From positions 7,172 to 71,171 of the forward strand of contig DYSN01000002.1 of the NCBI GenBank assembly GCA_020718205.1: a stretch of DNA of 64,000 nt, read 5' to 3'. This document shows, piece by piece, positions 9,396 to 18,082 of this stretch (its first letter is position 1; each line of letters opens with the position of its first letter). Position numbers and translations under genes: made by a program. The stretch is from Draconibacterium orientale. Its GTDB lineage: Bacteria > Bacteroidota > Bacteroidia > Bacteroidales > UBA12170. Below the pieces are notes generated by a model that saw only the letters and a program-made list of their open reading frames with translations, did not search any database and was not told the DNA's origin.

Positions 9396-9929
9396 ATGGA
9401 AAAATCAAATTTCTTTGGAAATGCAGTAAAATATGGTTTAATAATCGCTTTCTTCTCTATTTTACTAAGCTTGGTTTATTATATTTTCGATGTGGAAATA
9501 TTTCAAATATCGTTCATCATCTCAAATTTGATTATTTCATTGGGAATCACCATCACTTTATTCATTTTTGGAGTAAAATCCTACCGCAAGTCACTCGGTG
9601 GAATCATTGATTTTAAACAGGCTTTCCTGCAATCTCTAATGATTGGTTTGGTGGCATATACCATTTCGGCCATCTATAATTTCGTATTCTTCGGTTTCAT
9701 TGCACCCGATTATATGTCATCGCAACTCGATGGATTTGTGGAGTTTATGGAAAGCTTTAATATGCCCGAAGAAGCTCTTGACAAGGCCATTGCCGATTTC
9801 GAAAGTAAGATGGCTCCCATGGATCAGGTTTGGAGTGGAATAAAAAGTGGTGCAATATTTACCCTTATTCTTTCCTTAATTGTAGGTTTAGCCATTAAAA
9901 AAGATACAACACAACCCGAGATTGTGTAA
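9396..9929 (+). CDS. DUF4199-like four-TM membrane protein
   Basis: KYG near the N-terminus, YR...GG.I.F.QAF pattern, four hydrophobic segments. This family often precedes GT2/GT4 genes in Bacteroidota. Confidence 0.7.
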   Translation: MEKSNFFGNAVKYGLIIAFFSILLSLVYYIFDVEIFQISFIISNLIISLGITITLFIFGVKSYRKSLGGIIDFKQAFLQSLMIGLVAYTISAIYNFVFFGFIAPDYMSSQLDGFVEFMESFNMPEEALDKAIADFESKMAPMDQVWSGIKSGAIFTLILSLIVGLAIKKDTTQPEIV

Positions 9930-9938
9930 TTTTGCCGC

Positions 9939-10901
9939 ATGGATATATCAGTTATTGTACCTGTTTACAATGAAGTGGAATCGCTCCCAAATCTGGCTGT
10001 CTGGATTGAACGAGTGATGGACGAGAACAATTTTTCTTACGAAGTCATTTTTATTGACGATGGCAGCCGCGATGGCTCCTGGGACATCATTGAACAGATG
10101 TCGCAGAGAAATCACAGGCTAAAAGGAATAAAATTTCAGCGGAATTATGGCAAATCTGCCGCTCTGAATCAGGGCTTTGGCGATGCTGGTGGAAAGGTTA
10201 TCATTACCATGGATGCCGATTTGCAGGATAGCCCCGACGAGATTCCGGCCCTCTACAAAATGATTGTGGAAGAACAATACGACCTGGTTTCGGGCTGGAA
10301 AAAGAAACGAAACGATCCCCTGAACAAAACCATTCCATCGAAACTATTCAACGGTGCTACAGGTATGATAACCGGTATTAATCTCCACGATTTCAACTGC
10401 GGACTGAAAGCCTATCATCACGAAGTGGTAAAATCTATCGAAGTCTATGGCGAAATGCATCGTTATATTCCTGTGATTGCCAAATGGGCTGGCTTCAGGC
10501 GAATTGGCGAAAAAGTGGTGACCCATTACCCCCGGAAATTTGGCAAAACAAAATTTGGTATGGAACGCTATATCAATGGTTTCCTCGATTTGCTGAGCAT
10601 TAGTTTTGTGGGCAGATTCGGAAAAAGACCCATGCATTTTTTTGGCCTTTGGGGTACCTTGATGTTTTTCATGGGTTTCATTATAGCCGGATATCTGGCC
10701 TATGCCAAGTTCTTTATGTCGGAATACCGAATGACCGAACGCCCGCTTTTCTACTTTGGGCTTCTGGCCATGGTGGTTGGGGTTCAGCTGTTTTTGGCTG
10801 GCTTTCTTGGCGAACTCATTTCACGCTCTTCGCACGATAAAAACACCTATCTCGTCTCTAAAACCGTCGGACTTCAACAGTCACATTTCGCTAAATCTTG
10901 A
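9939..10901 (+). CDS. GT2 glycosyltransferase (DPM1/ArnC-like)
   Basis: VPVYNE, IDDGSRD, RNYGKSAAL, TMDADLQD, two C-terminal TM helices. Confidence 0.92.
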   Translation: MDISVIVPVYNEVESLPNLAVWIERVMDENNFSYEVIFIDDGSRDGSWDIIEQMSQRNHRLKGIKFQRNYGKSAALNQGFGDAGGKVIITMDADLQDSPDEIPALYKMIVEEQYDLVSGWKKKRNDPLNKTIPSKLFNGATGMITGINLHDFNCGLKAYHHEVVKSIEVYGEMHRYIPVIAKWAGFRRIGEKVVTHYPRKFGKTKFGMERYINGFLDLLSISFVGRFGKRPMHFFGLWGTLMFFMGFIIAGYLAYAKFFMSEYRMTERPLFYFGLLAMVVGVQLFLAGFLGELISRSSHDKNTYLVSKTVGLQQSHFAKS

Positions 10902-12034
10902 AATCGATTGTTATCATAGGATCCGCCTGGCCTCTGCGTGGGGGTGGTTTAGCAACTTTTAACGAGCAGCTTGCCCGTTCACTTTCAGCCGATGGGTATA
11001 TGGTTAGAATTGAGACTTTTAGTCTGCAATATCCATCCATACTTTTCCCCGGAAAAACGCAATATAGCGAAGAATTGCCCCCGAAAGATATCCATATTCA
11101 GGTGAGCGTGAACAGTATAAACCCGTTTAACTGGATTGTGGCGGGAAGAAGGCTTAAAAAAGAAAAACCCGATTTGGTTATTCTTCGCTACTGGATTCCA
11201 TTTATTGCTCCTTCGCTGGGAACCATTGCCCGTATAATTAGAAGAAACAAGCACACCAAAATTATCGCCATTGCCGATAACATTATTCCGCACGAAAGAC
11301 GATTGGGCGACAGACTCCTCTCCCGCTATTTCATTAACTCGGTTCATGGATTTGTTACCATGAGCAAAACGGTGCTCGAAGACCTTAAAAAATTCGATGC
11401 ATTTAAGCCCAGAATTTACAATCCACATCCGCTCTACAACAATTTTGGCGATGCTTTGCCACAGGATGAAGCCCGCAAATTTTTAAACCTCGATAATCAG
11501 GGGAAATATTTGCTTTTCTTTGGGTTTATCCGCGATTATAAGGGATTGGATATTTTGCTCGAAGCCATGACCCATGTAATTCAAAAAGATGCTGATATTA
11601 AACTTATTGTGGCGGGAGAATTCTATTCGGGGGAAGAAAAATACCGAAAATATATTCGAGAACATGGGTTGGACAAGCATTTGATTCTGCACACCGATTT
11701 TATTCCCAACGATCGGGTGAAGTATTATTTCAGCGCCTGCGATTTGGTGGTTCAGCCTTATAAAACCGCCACCCAAAGCGGCGTTACCCAAATCAGCTAT
11801 CAATTCGAAAAACCCATGCTGGTGACCAATGTGGGTGGATTGCCCGAAATTGTCCTTCATCAGAAAACGGGCTATGTGAGCCGGGTGGATGCAAGGGAGA
11901 TTGCTCATTTTATCCTACACTTTTTCGAACATCATGCCGCCAATGAGTTTAAACCTTATCTGGTCGAAGAAAAGAAAAAATACTCCTGGAAAAGGCTGAA
12001 TCAAGCCATTATTTCTGTTTCAGAATCCCATTAG
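10898..12034 (+). CDS. GT4 glycosyltransferase
   Basis: RGGGLA, FFGFIRDYKGLD, PYKTATQSGV, TNVGGLPE. Confidence 0.9.
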   Translation: MKSIVIIGSAWPLRGGGLATFNEQLARSLSADGYMVRIETFSLQYPSILFPGKTQYSEELPPKDIHIQVSVNSINPFNWIVAGRRLKKEKPDLVILRYWIPFIAPSLGTIARIIRRNKHTKIIAIADNIIPHERRLGDRLLSRYFINSVHGFVTMSKTVLEDLKKFDAFKPRIYNPHPLYNNFGDALPQDEARKFLNLDNQGKYLLFFGFIRDYKGLDILLEAMTHVIQKDADIKLIVAGEFYSGEEKYRKYIREHGLDKHLILHTDFIPNDRVKYYFSACDLVVQPYKTATQSGVTQISYQFEKPMLVTNVGGLPEIVLHQKTGYVSRVDAREIAHFILHFFEHHAANEFKPYLVEEKKKYSWKRLNQAIISVSESH

Positions 12035-12131
12035 CCTCTTCGGATTTTTTCAATACCAGTTGGTTTGGAGTTGATGCTTCAATTGGTTTTTTTTGTATTG
12101 TTGTTTTTCCATTTACAAACAAAATTCCAGC

Positions 12132-13307
12132 ATGAAATATAATTTTGACCTGATAATTGACCGGGAAAATACATCCTGTGTAAAATACGATTTGCGAAAG
12201 GAGTATTTTGGCAAAGCCGATGTAATTCCACTCTGGGTAGCCGATATGGATTTCGAAACGCCCGATTTCATTCGCCAAGCCATCATTAAAAGAGCGGAAC
12301 ATCCCATTTATGGATATGGAATAAAATCCGATTCCTGGTATCAATCTATCATCAATTGGCTTGACGACAGGCATCGTTGGTCGGTGGCGAAAAATCAGAT
12401 TAGTTTTAGTCCGGGAGTGGTTCCAGGATTTACTTTTGCCATGCTCGCACTCACAGAGCCAGGCGACCAGATTGTGGTTCAGCCGCCTGTGTATTTCCCC
12501 TTTTTCAACAGTGTAACCGATAATGGCCGCATTTTGCTCCACAATGAGCTCATAGAAAACAACAACTATTACACCATCGATTTCGATGATTTGGAGGAAA
12601 AACTCCGCCACCCAAAAACAAAAATTCTCATCCTTTCGAGCCCACATAATCCTGTTGGACGAGTCTGGAAAAAAGGAGAACTGGAGAGAATGGTCGATCT
12701 CTGTTACGCTAATGGTGCTGTATTATTGTCGGACGAAATTCATGGCGATTTGATACTCAGCGGCCAGACACATATTCCAACTGCCAGCTTAAGCCCTAAA
12801 GCCCAAGAAATTACGGTAACCTTCATGGCACCCAGCAAAACTTTCAATCTGGCGGGTATGGCCACATCCTTTCTCGTGATTCAAAATCCCGAGCTCAAGG
12901 CAAAGTATGACGAAATGCTCAACGCACTCCATCTGAACGGTGGAAATATTTTTGGTGCTTTGGCTCTGGAAGCGGCCTACGAAAATGGCGGTGATTGGCT
13001 CGACCAGCTATTAAACTATATTGAAGAGAATGTGGATTTTACTCAGGATTTTTTAAGAAAAAATATCCCCCGGATATCATTTCAGAAACCCGAAGCCACT
13101 TATTTGCTTTGGCTCAATTGCAAATCGCTTCAGCTCAGCGACGAAGAACTTCGCAGTTTTTTTGTAGAGAAAGCCAACCTGGGTCTCAACGGCGGAATCG
13201 TGTTTGGGCCCGGTGGTTCGGGCTATATGAGATTGAATGTGGCCTGCCCGCGAGCCATCCTGAAGCAGGCACTCCAGAATTTATCTGAGGCATTTAGAGA
13301 TCACTAA
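12132..13307 (+). CDS. MalY/PatB-family PLP-dependent cystathionine beta-lyase
   Basis: PLWVADMDF, SPHNPVGRVW, SDEIHGD, APSKTFNLAG. Start moved to the ATG at 12132 (MKYNFD). Confidence 0.92.
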   Translation: MKYNFDLIIDRENTSCVKYDLRKEYFGKADVIPLWVADMDFETPDFIRQAIIKRAEHPIYGYGIKSDSWYQSIINWLDDRHRWSVAKNQISFSPGVVPGFTFAMLALTEPGDQIVVQPPVYFPFFNSVTDNGRILLHNELIENNNYYTIDFDDLEEKLRHPKTKILILSSPHNPVGRVWKKGELERMVDLCYANGAVLLSDEIHGDLILSGQTHIPTASLSPKAQEITVTFMAPSKTFNLAGMATSFLVIQNPELKAKYDEMLNALHLNGGNIFGALALEAAYENGGDWLDQLLNYIEENVDFTQDFLRKNIPRISFQKPEATYLLWLNCKSLQLSDEELRSFFVEKANLGLNGGIVFGPGGSGYMRLNVACPRAILKQALQNLSEAFRDH

Positions 13308-13317
13308 ATTCCTTTGC

Positions 13318-15093
13318 ATGAAACCGACCAGATTGATAGAATATAGCATTAACAGGCTCAGGCGAAAACTTCGCCCCGATGTATTTATTCTTATTTTGGC
13401 GGTTGTAATAGGAATTCTCACGGGTATTTCGTCTTTCCTTTTGAGAACCCTGGTTTACGGTTTCGGTGGTTTTGTAGAGAAATTCAGTGCCACCAGTCAA
13501 ATGGATTATTTGTATCTGATAGCTCCGGGAGTGGGAATTTATTTAACCTGGATACTCTTCAAATATATTTTAAAGGAAGAAAGCAAGCATGGCATTCCGC
13601 GAATTCTATTTGTTATCAGCCGATTGAATGCCAATACCAAATATCACAAAGCATTTTCTTCGATGCTGGGAGGTGCACTCACAGCGGGTTTTGGTGGCAG
13701 CGTGGGTCTTGAATCTCCCATCATTAGCAGTGGAGCCAGCTATGGAAGTGGAATTGGGCAGGTGCTGGGTCTGGACTATAAAACAAAAACCCTTCTCATT
13801 GGTTGTGGTGCTGCCGGAGCCATGGCTTCAATCTTTACCACACCCATTGCGGCCATCGTTTTTGCACTCGAAGTGCTCATGCTCGATTTAACAACCGCTT
13901 CTATTGTTCCACTTTTGGTTTCCTCGGCCACAGGCGCCATAACGGCTAAAATACTTACCAGCGAAGAACTGCTTTTTGCATTCCACGACCATTCACCTTT
14001 CGATGTGAACAATTTACCGGCTTATGTTATTTTTGGCATAATCGGTGGAGCTGTTTCCTTGTATTTTACCTCCATGCATTTTAAAATTGCCCGATGGTTT
14101 GGAAAAATAACTCTGAAAAGAAATAAATTAATGATTGGGACTTTGCTCCTTGGAATCCTGATTTTCTTTTTCCCGGCACTCTATAGCGAAGGCTACGAAA
14201 TGATTCGTCATATTATGTATGGCCATTCGGAGCTCATTCTTTCACAAAGCTTCTTCTTCAATTACAAGGACAACATTTATATCTTCTCGCTTTATATTAT
14301 CCTGATCATCCTTCTTAAAATTATTGCAACCACCATCACCATTGAGGCAGGGGGAATTGGTGGAATATTTGCGCCAACCGCCGTAACAGGTGGATTGCTG
14401 GGATTTTTATTCGCTCGGTTGAGTAATTTCTTTATCCCCAACAGCCATCTCGACGAACGAAATTTCTCGCTTGTGGGCATGTCGGCTTTACTGGCTGCCG
14501 TGCTTCATGCGCCATTAACCGCCATTTTTCTGGTGGTGGAAATGACCAATGGCTACGGCCTCATTGTGCCGATTATGCTCACCACTGCCATTGCTTTCGT
14601 GACCAACAGGTCGTTCAATTCGCACTCAATTTTCACAAAACAATTAGCCGAAGAAGGAAACCTGATTACCCATCATAAGGATAAAACTGTATTGACACTT
14701 CTTCAGGTTAACCACGTTATCGACAGAGACTTAATGACCATTGAACCCCGCAAAACCCTCCTGGATTTAACAGTTCTCATCAGCAAATCGAAGCGGAATA
14801 TTTTTCCGGTGGTGGATAAGGAAAATAATTATTATGGATTGGTCGACATGGACGATATTCGCCAGGTAATGTTTAATCCGGGTTTGTATGGCTTGCCCAT
14901 TGAAAAATATATGATTCAATCCAAGGAACACGTTTCAACACACGATACCATGGAATCGGTGATGGCTAAATTTAAAAAAACAGGCTACTATAACCTTCCG
15001 GTGGTAGATAGAGGAAAGTATGTGGGGTTTGTGAGCAGAGCCAATATTTTCACAGCCTACCGCGAAATGCTCAACCGACTCAGCGACCATTGA
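13318..15093 (+). CDS. ClC-family chloride channel/transporter with C-terminal CBS domains
   Basis: HGIP, GGSVGLESP, GGIGGIFAP, HAPLTAI motifs and a CBS pair at the C-terminus. Confidence 0.9.
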   Translation: MKPTRLIEYSINRLRRKLRPDVFILILAVVIGILTGISSFLLRTLVYGFGGFVEKFSATSQMDYLYLIAPGVGIYLTWILFKYILKEESKHGIPRILFVISRLNANTKYHKAFSSMLGGALTAGFGGSVGLESPIISSGASYGSGIGQVLGLDYKTKTLLIGCGAAGAMASIFTTPIAAIVFALEVLMLDLTTASIVPLLVSSATGAITAKILTSEELLFAFHDHSPFDVNNLPAYVIFGIIGGAVSLYFTSMHFKIARWFGKITLKRNKLMIGTLLLGILIFFFPALYSEGYEMIRHIMYGHSELILSQSFFFNYKDNIYIFSLYIILIILLKIIATTITIEAGGIGGIFAPTAVTGGLLGFLFARLSNFFIPNSHLDERNFSLVGMSALLAAVLHAPLTAIFLVVEMTNGYGLIVPIMLTTAIAFVTNRSFNSHSIFTKQLAEEGNLITHHKDKTVLTLLQVNHVIDRDLMTIEPRKTLLDLTVLISKSKRNIFPVVDKENNYYGLVDMDDIRQVMFNPGLYGLPIEKYMIQSKEHVSTHDTMESVMAKFKKTGYYNLPVVDRGKYVGFVSRANIFTAYREMLNRLSDH

Positions 15094-15124
15094 GAAATCA
15101 CTTTCACTGATCGAAAGGCAGCAT

Positions 15125-16324
15125 TTATCTCTTTTTGCCGTATGCAAAAGGAATCTGATAACCCAATCCCCATTCAATAAAATCGGCCACAGCACCATTT
15201 CTGGTCTTCAGCGCAGCCCGCGCAAAAAAGTTTTCGGTAATATGGAAGCTACCACCCACTTGAAAATAGTAATTTCCTTTATGCGCAACATTCGATGAAA
15301 GGTAGAAACCCACCTGGGTTACCAAAGTGAGGCGATACATGCGCAGATAATGCGACACATGCCAGCCCATATAGGACAAATCGCCAAACCCGGCATTCTC
15401 AATATGAACCGGAAAATCGCGAAGTGCAGATTCATAAAAACCGTCAATCCCTATTCCCACCTTGCCCACATGATGGTAAGCCCAAGCATAATCGAGACTC
15501 AGTGATGAGATAAAATAAGTTGGTCCGTCGTAAATATGAGTAGTGGTGGTTTTACCCCCCATACTTCCGAAAAGAATGATTTCAGAGTGACGCTGGTATT
15601 TCTCCAATTCCTGACGTTCGAATACAGGTCTTGTGGCCGGACGAAACCCACCATCAACATATTTGGTATAATTTCGAACAGGGTTGAAATTATAGCGCCC
15701 ACCAAAGGCTAAACCAGCCAGATTGATTCCCAGATTGGGGGTTCTGGTGGAGCCATTAGAAAAATGGGTAACATCAATATCAAGTGTTAAATCGAACCTA
15801 TTGCCTATTTGATAGGAAAGCCCGGTGGCTGCATTGAAATAAACATTGTGACTGGAACCAATAACCTGCTGATCCACATTATCTTCGGGATTATATTCAT
15901 AAAACCCATAGGCCAAACCCACTGATAATTCCCAGTTCCAACTCAGTTTTTTACCCCTTAAAACCGGAGCGCGCATAAAAGCATAGAGAGCTTGTGGCTG
16001 CCCCAATTCCCCACCTTTAAAGAACGCATGATAAAAACCTACTCCGTAAACCGGAAAGCCATAGAGCTGATCCCATTTTTGCTTCACCCCATCCGACTGA
16101 AATCCAATTCTGATGTTGTAGGAATCGTAGGGATTATCCATAATATCATTCAAAGATTCGGAGTTTTTAAGGAAACGACCGTGATGGTATTTCACATCTA
16201 TCACATTGTTAAAGCCGTAATTCTTTTCCTTGAATTTGTCTTTTAGATTTTGCTTATAATCCTGGGCCTTCACTCCAAAACTTAATAAAATAGAAAGGCT
16301 AAATAAAAGTATATATCTCTTCAT
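15125..16324 (-). CDS. Outer-membrane beta-barrel, acyloxyacyl hydrolase/PagL-like
   Basis: Signal peptide, THFSNG..RTPNLGIN catalytic-type motif, amphipathic beta strands, ADFIEWGLGY. Confidence 0.75.
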   Translation of the reverse strand: MKRYILLFSLSILLSFGVKAQDYKQNLKDKFKEKNYGFNNVIDVKYHHGRFLKNSESLNDIMDNPYDSYNIRIGFQSDGVKQKWDQLYGFPVYGVGFYHAFFKGGELGQPQALYAFMRAPVLRGKKLSWNWELSVGLAYGFYEYNPEDNVDQQVIGSSHNVYFNAATGLSYQIGNRFDLTLDIDVTHFSNGSTRTPNLGINLAGLAFGGRYNFNPVRNYTKYVDGGFRPATRPVFERQELEKYQRHSEIILFGSMGGKTTTTHIYDGPTYFISSLSLDYAWAYHHVGKVGIGIDGFYESALRDFPVHIENAGFGDLSYMGWHVSHYLRMYRLTLVTQVGFYLSSNVAHKGNYYFQVGGSFHITENFFARAALKTRNGAVADFIEWGLGYQIPFAYGKKR

Positions 16325-16357
16325 TGTTAATGTCTTGAAAATTAAAAAATTAAAAAA

Positions 16358-16777
16358 CTATTCGGTGGCTTGCGGGCCAATGGGCGAAAGTGTATAATGA
16401 ACATTTCGGGTATTGGGTCTGTAAATATTTCCGTCGGCCACATCGATTACCAGTGGAATAAAGCCACTGAGAATATCGGCTAAAACATATCCAATATGTG
16501 GTGAGCGCCGAACTTCGTATTGCACTGTTTCGAAACCCTCTTTTCTAATCTCGAGAATGCTGCCTTGCTGCAGTTTATATTTGGAGATTCTGATTTTAAA
16601 AGGAGCATCGCCCAGATACTCGCCATCGAGATAAACTTGTGCCCCACCGGGGGAGCCCGATTTAATGTGAACAGTGTTTTTTCTTCCTGCAAACACGGTG
16701 GCACAACTACTCAATGAGGCGGCCATCACGATAAATGAGAAAGTATATATTATCAAACTCAATCTGTATTTTCGCAT
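16358..16777 (-). CDS. PEGA-domain lipoprotein
   Basis: Lipobox LSSC, S.P.GAQVYLDGEYLG.AP, C-terminal VIDVADGNIY. Confidence 0.75.
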   Translation of the reverse strand: MRKYRLSLIIYTFSFIVMAASLSSCATVFAGRKNTVHIKSGSPGGAQVYLDGEYLGDAPFKIRISKYKLQQGSILEIRKEGFETVQYEVRRSPHIGYVLADILSGFIPLVIDVADGNIYRPNTRNVHYTLSPIGPQATE

Positions 16778-17031
16778 AAATCAAATATTTTAAATGGACA
16801 ATTTTAAGGGTTTATTGCCCTTGCATCAATTCATCAAAAATAGATAAATCTGCATTGCTACATATATTTGTCAAAAAAAGAATTATAACTAATTGATATA
16901 TTGATTCTTGATACTGGCGTTTAAGCAACCAAACTCAGGAAATATTTTTCAAAAAATGCTTTGCATATTCAAAAAATTATCACGTATTTTGCAATCCGTT
17001 TTTGAAAAGCAAGAATTAAAAGGTTATAGCG

Positions 17032-17271
17032 ATGTCTAAAATTTGTGAAATTACAGGTAAAAAGGTTATTACAGGGAATTCAGTTTCTCACTCAAACCGT
17101 AAAACTTTAAGAAGATTTCATGTGAATCTTCATACTAAAAAATTCTATATTCCTGAGGAAGATGCATTTATCGTCTTGAAGGTATCGGCCAATGGCATGA
17201 GAATTATCGATAAGAAAGGTATTAGTGCTGCTCTGAAAGATGCCAGAGAAAAAGGCTATTTTAAAGGTTAA
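17032..17271 (+). CDS. rpmB: 50S ribosomal protein bL28
   Basis: MSKICEITGK...GNSVSHSNRKTLRRF. Confidence 0.97.
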   Translation: MSKICEITGKKVITGNSVSHSNRKTLRRFHVNLHTKKFYIPEEDAFIVLKVSANGMRIIDKKGISAALKDAREKGYFKG

Positions 17272-17295
17272 AAATTTTTTTAGGTAAAATATACT

Positions 17296-17326
17296 GTGCT
17301 GTTTGTTCTCAAGCAGCACTTTTTTT
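17296..17326 (+). terminator. Rho-independent terminator after rpmB
   Basis: gtgctgtttg-ttct-caagcagcac stem followed by a T run. Confidence 0.8.
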
Positions 17327-17442
17327 GTTTAATCAACTACCCAATTCGACCACATTGTCATCCGTTTCAATTAACAAAACTTGAGAAATAAGCCAATCCT
17401 CACCAACAGCACTCAACTCAATATTTTCTATATTTGCGCACC

Positions 17443-18081
17443 ATGCCGGCTAAAACATCTTTCGTCTTAATCTTGTTGCTTCTTTTAGCATTTGCAGCTT
17501 TCTCACAGCAAAGAGAAAAGGTTTTGTTTTCGGGGGTAATTGTAGAAAACGACAGCCTGAAACCTGTATCATTTGCCAATATTGTTATTGTGAATAAAAA
17601 TCTGGGTACCATGAGTACTATTGATGGGTATTTTTCGTTCTATGCCCATGAGTTGGATACCGTGCAGTTTAGTGCGCTGGGTTTCTCGTCTGCAATATTT
17701 AGAATCCCCGATTCTATTCATGTGGAGCGATATTCCATCATTCAACTGATGAAACGCGATACGCTGGAATTGGCCGAAACCATCATTTACCCCTGGCCTG
17801 CCAACGAACAGGATTTCAAAAACTCATTTCTAAACGATAAAATTAATAACGACCTGGAAGAACAAGCCAAAAAAAATATTCAAATCAATGGCATTCAACA
17901 ACCTAAACAAGTGGTTTTTCACGAGCCCAATGCAGCCTATAATTTCGACAACGATATGAAAAACATGTCGAACGAGTTGTACTATAATGGGCAGTCACCA
18001 CCCCTTTCCGTGCTGGATCCCATTGCCTGGTATCGCTTTGTTAAAGCCTGGCGCCGAGGCGATTTTAAAAAGAAAAAATAG
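17443..18081 (+). CDS. Carboxypeptidase-like regulatory domain (CarbopepD_reg_2) protein
   Basis: Signal peptide, SGVIV...PVSFANI...GTMSTIDGYFS...DTVQFSALGF. TATATTTG promoter element at 17429-17436 directly before the ATG at 17443. Confidence 0.8.
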   Translation: MPAKTSFVLILLLLLAFAAFSQQREKVLFSGVIVENDSLKPVSFANIVIVNKNLGTMSTIDGYFSFYAHELDTVQFSALGFSSAIFRIPDSIHVERYSIIQLMKRDTLELAETIIYPWPANEQDFKNSFLNDKINNDLEEQAKKNIQINGIQQPKQVVFHEPNAAYNFDNDMKNMSNELYYNGQSPPLSVLDPIAWYRFVKAWRRGDFKKKK

Positions 18082-18082
18082 A

